Below, piece by piece: positions 54,479 to 64,000 of a DNA stretch of 64,000 nt. The translations under genes and the position numbers were made by a program. The first letter of the stretch is position 1; every line of letters begins with the position of its first letter. The stretch comes from Eledone cirrhosa. Taxonomy: Eukaryota. Below the pieces are notes generated by a model. It had not been told where the DNA came from. It ran no database searches and worked only from the letters and a program-made list of their open reading frames with translations. The stretch is taken from the NCBI GenBank assembly GCA_964016885.1, contig OZ024757.1:1984001-2048000 (forward strand), given 5' to 3'.

Positions 54479-54664
54479 TATATATACATATATATGTATA
54501 CACACACACATATATATACACACACACACATATATATCGTAACGATGACGATGATGATGATGATGATGATGATGGAAGTGGTGGAAGTCATGATGATGGT
54601 GATGATGACATACGACCAGTGATGATGATGATGTACTGACCAGTGACAATGATGACATACTGAC

Positions 54665-54905
54665 CAGTGAGAATGCCAGGTTTATTGCTGAAGAATACTG
54701 CAATATTTTCACCAATTCTGACACCATTAATATTCCTGCAACTGTGATGGATATATTTCATTCTGGAGAGGACTTCGGCCCATCTTTTAGCGCTGTCTGA
54801 CAACATTTGACTGAAGGTCAACTCACTAGACCCATGCCTAGCCCTGTAGAAATTGTGGGCTTTCAATGATCCTTCTTCAAATGAACTGAGATAGGAAGGA
54901 ACCTC
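54665..54905 (-). CDS. Tandem-CAP gene, domain 1 N-terminal exon (upstream exons not identified)
   Basis: catttcag|GAG...; EVPSYLSSFEEGSLKAHNFYRARHGSSEL...AKRWAE...IHHS...IGENIA...GILTG|gtcagt; 241 nt, phase 0->1. Confidence 0.9.
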
Positions 54906-55171
54906 CTGAAATGATAATATCACTGGTTCAATAAATCAATTATTTTGATACAATATTTCTAATGAAATATTTTGCTGAAGAAAACTCTGAAAACATTAAT
55001 TGATCGATTGTTTTGTCTTGGACTGTTTCAGTTTCACATCTGAAAAGGGGGTCACAACTCTGAAATATGTTAAAATACACTGGGTAAAACATTACTTTGT
55101 TTTGTAGAAATTGTGGGCTTTCAACGATCCTTCTTCAAATGAACTGGGATAGAAAGGGGCTCCTGAAATAA

Positions 55172-55359
55172 TAATTGTTTCTACTTCTGGCACAAGGCCA
55201 GCAATTATCCCAGTGTATTACTGGTACTTTATTTTATTGACCTTGTAAGGATGAAAAACAAAGTTAACCTCGGCAGGATTTGAACTCAGACCATAAAGGG
55301 CCGTAACTATGCTAGAAAACATGGTGTCCAACCCCCTACCAATACTGCCAATTCACCGC
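55172..55359 (-). mobile_element. tRNA-related SINE with TSD CCTGAAATAATAAT
   Basis: Same family. Confidence 0.85.
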
Positions 55360-55384
55360 CCTGAAATAATAATATATTTGACTT

Positions 55385-56055
55385 TGAATATGTCTAACAC
55401 CTGTGGACATGCCTACAAAGTCAAAAAACAGCACAGTTGCCATGACTTTTGGAAACATTTTTTCACGCTCAGAGTTGCTGACGCATGGAACAAACTACCT
55501 GCATCAGTTGTTAGCTGTCGAGACACTGCATCCTTTAAAACCTCCATGGAACAAACTACCTGCATCAGTTTTAGCTGTCGAGACACTGCATCCTTTAAAA
55601 CCTCCATGGAACAAACTACTTGCATCAGTTGTTAGCTGTCGAGACACTGCATCCTTTAAAACCTCCATGGAACAAACTACCTGCATCAGTTGTTAGCTGT
55701 CGAGACACTGCATCCTTTAAAACCTCCATGGAACAAACTACCTGCATCAGTTGTTAGCTGTCAAGACACTGCATCCTTTAAAACCTCCATGGAACAAACT
55801 ACCTGCATCAGTTGTTAGCTGTCAAGACACTGCATCCTTTAAAACCTCCATGGAACAAACTACCTGCATCAGTTGTTAGCTGTCAAGACACTGCATCCTT
55901 TACTTTAAAACCTCCATGGAACAAACTACCTGCATCAGTTGTTAGCTGTCTGGAGACTGCATCCTTTAAAACCTCCATGCTTCCTGAAATTCACCAACAC
56001 TACACTGATACTCCCCTTAAAACCATTTAGATCTGAACAGGGTCCCGAATTTTTC

Positions 56056-56087
<32 letters not shown>

Positions 56088-56250
56088 GCATGTATATACA
56101 CACACTCGCATGTATCTGTGTGCATATCATGACTCATACACTGTTCACTTTCCTGACATTTGCACATTATTCTATGTACTATACATGTACCTTTGATGAG
56201 TTGTAGTGCACCTGAGTACTATACACAATCATTTTCATTGTTATTATTAT
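55385..56250 (+). mobile_element. CR1-like LINE 3' end with ~61-bp internal tandem amplification
   Basis: TCGHAYKVKKQ...HFFTLRVADAWNKLPASVV; unit CATGGAACAAACTACCTGCATCAG...TTTAAAACCTC repeated about 8 times. Confidence 0.75.
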
Positions 56251-56518
56251 TTTCTAATTAATCATTTTGATACAGCATTTCTAATGAAATACTTTCTCAA
56301 TATGTGTCAATATAATTTTTCAAAACTAAACAAATCAGGGAAGATAACTCTGAACACATTAACTACTCGTTTGTGTTGTCTTAGACTGGTTCAGCTTCAC
56401 ATCTAAAAAGGGGGTAACAACCCTGAAATATGTTAAAATAAACTGAGTGAAGCATTACTTTGTTTTCTTTCATTTGTCATCATCTACCCATCGTATATTT
56501 CTACCACACTCTACCAGC

Positions 56519-59500
56519 TTATATATACTATATAACTTTATATATACTACATTTATATACACTACATTTATATATACTACATTTATATATACTACATAAC
56601 TTTATATATACTATATAACTTTATATATACTACATAACTTTATATATACTACATAACTTTATATATACTACATTTATATATACTACATAACTTTATATAC
56701 ACTACATAACTTTATATATACTACATAACTTTATATATACTACATAACTTTATATATACTACATAACTTTATATATACTACATTTATATATACTACATAA
56801 CTTTATATATACTACATTTATATATACTACATAACTTTATATATACTACATTTATATATACTACATAACTTTATATATACTATATAACTTTATATATACT
56901 ACATCTATATATACTACATAACTTTATATATACTACATAACTTTATATATACTACATTTATATATACTATATAACTTTATATATACTACATAACTTTATA
57001 TATACTACATAACTTTATATATACTATATGACTTTATATATACTATATAACTTTATATATACTACATAACTTTATATATACTACATAACTTTATAAATAC
57101 TACATAACTTTATATATACTACATTTATATATACTATATAACTTTATATATACTACATAACTTTATATATACTACATAACTTTATATATACTATATGACT
57201 TTATATATACTATATAACTTTATATATACTACATTTATATATACTGCATAACTTTATATATACTACATAACTTTATATATACTACATAACTTTATAAATA
57301 CTACATAACTTTATATATACTACATTTATATATGCTACATAACTTTATATATACTACATAACTTTATATATACTACATTTATATATACTACATAGCTTTA
57401 TATATACTACATAACTTTATATATACTACATAACTTTATTAATACTACATAACTTTATATATACTACATTTATATATACTACATAACTTTATATATACTA
57501 CATAACTTTATATATACTACATAATTTTATATATACTACATAACTTTATATATACTACATTTATATATACTATATAACTTTATATATACTACATAACTTT
57601 ATATATACTACATAACTTTATATATACTATATGACTTTATATATACTATATAACTTTATATATACTACATAACTTTATATATACTACATAACTTTATAAA
57701 TACTACATAACTTTATATATACTACATTTATATATACTATATAACTTTATATATACTACATAATTTTATATATACTACATAACTTTATATATACTATATG
57801 ACTTTATATATACTATATAACTTTATATATACTACATTTATATATACTGCATAACTTTATATATACTACATAACTTTATATATACTACATAACTTTATAA
57901 ATACTACATAACTTTATATATACTACATTTATATATACTACATAACTTTATATATACTACATTTATATATACTACATAACTTTATATATACTACATAACT
58001 TTATATATACTACATAACTTTATATACACTACATAACTTTATATACACTACATAACTTTATATACACTACATAACTTTATAAATACTACATAACTTTATA
58101 TATACTACATTTATATATACTACATAACTTTATATATACTACATAACTTTATATATACTACATAACTTTATATACACTACATAACTTTATATACACTACA
58201 TAACTTTATATACACTACATAACTTTATATATACTACATTTATATTTACTACATAACTTTATATATACTATATAACTTTATATATACTATATAAATTTAT
58301 ATATACTACATAACTTTATATATACTACATAACTTTATATATACTACATAACTTTATATATACTACATTTATATATACTACATAACTTTATATATACTAC
58401 ATAACTTTATATATACTACATTTATATATACTACATAACTTTATATATACTACATAACTTTATATATACTACATTTATATATACTACATAACTTTATATA
58501 TACTACATAACTTTATATATACTACATTTATATATACTACATAACTTTATATATACTACATAACTTTATATATACTACATAACTTTATATATACTACATA
58601 ACTTTATATATACTACATTTATATATACTACATTAATATATACTACATAACTTTATATATACTACATAACTTTATATATACTACATAACTTTATATACAC
58701 TACATAACTTTATATATACTACATTTATATATACTACATAACTTTATATATACTACATAACTTTATATATACAACATAACTTTATATATACTACATAACT
58801 TTATATATACTACATTTATATATACTACATAACTTTATATATACTACATTTATATATACTACATAACTTTATATATACTACATAACTTTATATATACTAC
58901 ATTTATATATACTACATAACTTTATATATACTACATAACTTTATATATACTACATAACTTTATATATACTACATAATTTTATATATACTACATAACTTTA
59001 TATATACTACATAACTTTATTTATACTATATAACTTTATATATATTACATAACTTTATATAAACTACATAACTTTATATATACTACAGAACTTTATATAT
59101 AGTACATTTATATATACTACATAACTTTATATATACTACATAACTTTATATATACTACATTTATATATACTACATAACTTTATATATACTACATAACTTT
59201 ATATATACTACATAACTTTATATATACTACATTTATATATACTACATAACTTTATATATACTACATTTATATATACTACATAACTTTATATATACTACAT
59301 TTATATATACTACATAACTTTATATATACTATATAACTTTATATATACTATATAACTTTATATATACTACATAACTTTATATGTACTACATAACTTTATA
59401 TATACTACATAATTTTATATATACTACACAACTTTATATATACTATATAACTTTATATATACTACATAACTTTATATATACTACATAACTTTATATATAC

Positions 59501-60843
59501 TACATTTATATATACTACATAAGTTTATATAAACTACATTTATATATACTACATAACTTTATATATACTACATTTATATATACTACATAACTTTATATAT
59601 ACTACATAACTTTATATATACTATATAACTTTATATATACTACATAACTTTATTTATACTACATAACTTTATATATACTACATGACTTTATATATACTAT
59701 ATAACTTTATATATACTACATAACTTTATATATACTATATAACTTTATATATACTACATAACTTTATATATACTACATAACTTTATTTATACTACATAAC
59801 TTTATATATACTACATTTATATATACTACATAACTTTATATATACTACATTTATATATACTACATAACTTTATATATACTACATTACTTTATATATACTA
59901 CATAACTTTATATATACTATATAACTTTATATATACTACATAACTTTATATATACTACATAACTTTATATATACTATATAACTTTATATATACTACATAA
60001 CTTTATATATACTACATAACTTTATATATACTATATAACTTTATATATACTACATAACTTTATATATACTATATAACTTTATATATACCATATAACTTTA
60101 TATATACTACATAACTTTATATATACTACATAACTTTATATATACTACATTTATATATACTATATAACTTTATATATACTACATAACTTTATATATACTA
60201 CATTTATATATACTACATAACTTTATATATACTATATGACTTTATATATACTACATAACTTTATATATACTACATTTATATATAACTTTATATATACTAT
60301 ATAACTTTATATATACTATATAACTTTATATATACTATATAATTTTATATATACTACATAACTTTATATATACTATATAACTTTATATATACTATATAAC
60401 TTTATATATACTACATATCTTTATATATACTACATAACTTTATATATACTACATAACTTTATATATACTATATAACTTTATATATACTATATAACTTTAT
60501 ATATACTACATAACTTTATATATACTATATAACTTTATATATACTACATAACTTTATATATACTACATAACTTTATATATACTACATAACTTTATATATA
60601 CTACATAACTTTATATATACTATATAACTTTATATATACTACATATCTTTATATATACTACATAACTTTATATATACTACATAACTTTATATATACTACA
60701 TAACTTTATATATACTATATAACTTTATATATACTATATAACTTTATATATACTATATAACTTTATATATACTACATAACTTTATACATACTATATAACT
60801 TTATATATACTATATAACTTTATATATACTATATAACTTTATA
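56519..60843. repeat. AT-rich 19/15-bp satellite (TATATACTACATAACTTTA)
   Basis: About 4.3 kb array; resumes briefly at 61067-61130. Confidence 0.97.
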
Positions 60844-60847
60844 TTAA

Positions 60848-61062
60848 CCCTTTAACATTTACATTACTCTATATTTACTATTGTATTTTCATTGTAAATT
60901 ATCACATAATTATCTCACACAATATTTCACCCATGAGATTTTTATATTATTTACTTTGAGAACAATACCTTATCATCAGTATGAGCGGCCAGTTACAGCC
61001 GATTTGAACAGAAAGAGGTGAGAGAATTCTGACTGGATATGGCTGGTTTAAATGCTAAAGGG
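60848..61062. mobile_element. piggyBac-type MITE
   Basis: TTAA|CCCTTTAACATTTA ... TAAATGCTAAAGGG|TTAG; inserted at the end of the satellite. Confidence 0.65.
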
Positions 61063-61554
61063 TTAGCTACATAACTTTATATTAACTACATAACTTTATA
61101 TTAATTACATAGGTTTATATTAACTACATAACTTGCTCCAGTTTACTCAGCTGTAGAAATGAGAAGATAGGGACTGGGGTCCCTATCTTTAAATTACCCA
61201 AGACACCTCCAACGAGATATACCTTGGAGGAGGTAAACCTGCATAGGTGTGAGATTGTATATATGTATGTGTATGTATGGATATGTTGATATTTATGTGT
61301 GTATGTATGTATGTGTATATGTATGTGTATGTATATATATATACACATATATGTGTGTGTGTGTGTATATATGTGTGTGTGTGTATGTGTGTATGTATAT
61401 GTATATATTTATGTGTATGTATATAATTGTGTGTGTGTGTTTGCATGTGTGTTTTTATTTTATTTTTCCTTTCCTTCTTCCTTTTCCAGCCTCACTTTCA
61501 TATAGATTGCATTTTTGTTTTTAAAATCCAACGTCTATAAATAGACCAGGACTT

Positions 61555-61615
61555 TTTCATTCTGATGATTGAAAGCAAAATTTTTTTGCTTTTAAGAAAC
61601 CACTGGTAAATGAAA
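61555..61615 (+). ncRNA. Type I hammerhead ribozyme
   Basis: tttcatt CTGATGA ttgaaagcaaaa-ttt-ttttgcttttaa GAAA ccactgg TA aatgaaa; 7-bp stem I, 12-bp stem II. Confidence 0.82.
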
Positions 61616-61718
61616 TAATTGCCTTATGTTGTTTATTACATAACTATTAAGCTCTGTTACCTACATAGAGCACTCTTTTTTCCTGGACTTTTCCGACGGA
61701 ATTACTTCATTTATTTAC

Positions 61719-61809
<91 letters not shown>

Positions 61810-61877
61810 CCACCCTTGCAAACAAGGAAAAGCGGACGTAAAATGATAATGATGTCGATATATATATATGTATATGT

Positions 61878-61927
<50 letters not shown>

Positions 61928-61945
61928 GTAAGTATGTATACGTAC

Positions 61946-64000
61946 ATGATGGCTGCCCCCTCGTTATCGAGTATGGCCATTGCACGAGAAAAAAAAAACA
62001 TAATAATAACAACAATAATAATAACAACAACAACAACAATAATAATATACATATATATATACACACACATAAACATATCTATACACACACACACACGTTA
62101 GCAATTAATAGCGCTGCGATCGAATGTGGCTTTTTAGCCCAGCCAATGATCTAAAATGTCTTGCACAGAGTCGGCAACCAAAACATTCACTGGGAATAGT
62201 CAGCTGTGGTTGGAGTTCATATACTTTTGCATGTCGCTTGAGCCCTCCTGTTGATTTACATTCTCTACCACATGTTTGGCAAGCATGATGAGTAGCATCT
62301 CCAACAGCAGCCTGGTAGTCAATCACTGGTCTTACTTTATGACTGCGAAGATGACTTTTGAGTCCAGCTTTGCTTAGGCAGAGTCTCACACAGACGCTGC
62401 ATGTCAGCACCATAGGAGGACCTTCGTCGTCTGGAAGTGCAACAGCAATGCCCTTCCTCACGTCCCGCTCTACTTTCTCGTATGCGATTTGAGATGCCTC
62501 AAAGGCAACTTTTCCCTCATATACAGTCTTTCTCCATTTATTACGATCAACAACAACATTTTCCCATGTATCAGCAGAGATGTTAGCGTCTTTCAAAGAG
62601 GCTTTCAAGGAATCCTTATACCTCATTTTTGGTTTATGTGGCGGTCGTTTTCCTTTAACTAACTCTCCATAAAAGAGTTGTTTTGGTATTCTAGAATCCT
62701 TCATCCTGGCAAGGTGACCACTCCAATGGAGTCGTTGCTTAAGCACAAGAGCTTCTATACTGTCACACATAGAGCTTTCCAAAATCTCGACACCACTGAT
62801 GTGGACCCTCCAGTGAACGCCATGGATCCGTCTGAGACACATCTGATGGAAACGCTCCAATTGCTTAAGGTGGTGTCGATATGTGACCCAGGTCTCGCAG
62901 GCATAAAGAAGAGAAGAGCGCACACATGCCTTGTACACCTTTACCTTTGTCTTCTTGCATATGTCTCGCCGACCCCAGAGTCGCCTTTCTAGCTTTCCGA
63001 AAGCATCACTTGCTTTCCTAATCCTAAGTGAGATTTCACTATCAAGGTTGCTGTATCGATTGACAGTGCTTCCCAGGTAGACAAACTGATCAACCACTCC
63101 AAGTCGTTTACCATACACATTTGGTTCACTGTACTGCTTACCAGGGGCAGGTTGGTACATAACGACGGTTTTCTTGAGATTGACAGTCAATCCTAGGGCA
63201 GTGCAAACATCAGAAAATGCATTCAAAATGTGCTGCATATCACTCTCTGTGTGCGCTACAAGATCACAATCATCTGCATACAATCTTATGATTGATGTAA
63301 ATACTTTTGTCTTTGCAGCAAAGCGCCTGATGTTAAATATGCTGCCTGAGGTTCGATATTGGATGTAAACACCATGCTCGTAATTCCTGAATGCAATACA
63401 GAAAACCATTGCCAAGTATATGGCAAACAGGGTCGGTGCTGGAATATCCCCATTTCACTCCATTTTTTACTGAGATAGGCTCCGACATGTTACCTCCGAC
63501 ATTAACCCAAGGCTTCATGTCGTCATGGAAAGACCTAACTAAAGCAAGGAACTTATCAGGGCAACCAAGTTTCTGGAGAACCTTCCATAATGCATTTCTG
63601 TTAACACTATCAAAAATGTTGCAGAAGTCTCACACCACCATATTGTAGGAGCTCAGCATGTATGCCATCCATACCTGGAGACCTTCCACTGTTCAGCTTC
63701 GAGATAGCCACTGCAACCTCCACAAGCATTGGAGGTTCTGCGAGAGCTACTTTCACAGGACTTTCTGGAATGAGATTGAGGAAATCTTCATTGATGACAG
63801 ACGGCTGATTCAAAAGCTCGTGAAAGTGCTCTCACCACCTTCGTAGAATTCCTTGTGAGTCACAAATAAGTTCTTTGCCATCCTTGCTGCGAAGAAGACG
63901 GTCCACGAACTTCATGCAAGAGACTGTACAACAGCTTTGTGTTATTGGAATCTGATGCAGTTTGTATCTCATCAGCCTTCTCACTCCACCACTGATCCTT
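61946..64000 (-). mobile_element. RTE (BovB-like) LINE remnant with C-terminal C2H2 fingers; runs off the window
   Basis: KSPGMDGIHAE-like motif, LYADDC, FVYLGS, LLYACETW, RLHWSGH, three CxxC...GLKxH fingers; 3' tail at 61946-61982. Confidence 0.9.

Noticed and set aside
61124-61250. Possible upstream exon of the CAP gene
   Set aside because: Sequence matches the dispersed repeat at about 40400-40455 (GGGACCCCAGTCCCTATC...GAGTAAACTGGAGCAA).

Overview
Eukaryotic, extremely repeat-rich DNA. The (TA)n/(TG)n load, RTE LINEs and SINE families suggest a cephalopod such as Octopus (inference). Almost all long ORFs in the track are microsatellite or satellite artefacts. One real host gene was found by reading splice sites: a minus-strand GAPR-1/GLIPR2-like gene with two tandem CAP (SCP/PR-1) domains. 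It has at least 6 exons between 54905 and 28056, its 5' end was not found, and its second domain has lost three of four conserved cleft residues. The rest is RTE, R4/Dong-like and CR1 LINE remnants, Penelope-like (GIY-YIG) remnants, tRNA-type SINEs, MITEs and satellites. The main finding is about 19 type I hammerhead ribozyme (HHR) motifs from about 11 sequence families, most with palindromic stem III. They include a near-identical 3.1-copy tandem array of a non-coding 595-bp unit carrying an HHR with a compensatory U3-A8 core, and a 468-bp terminally redundant unit with a canonical HHR. Both look like retrozymes (circular-RNA-derived, Penelope-mobilised). All RNA structures were folded by eye and none has been tested.
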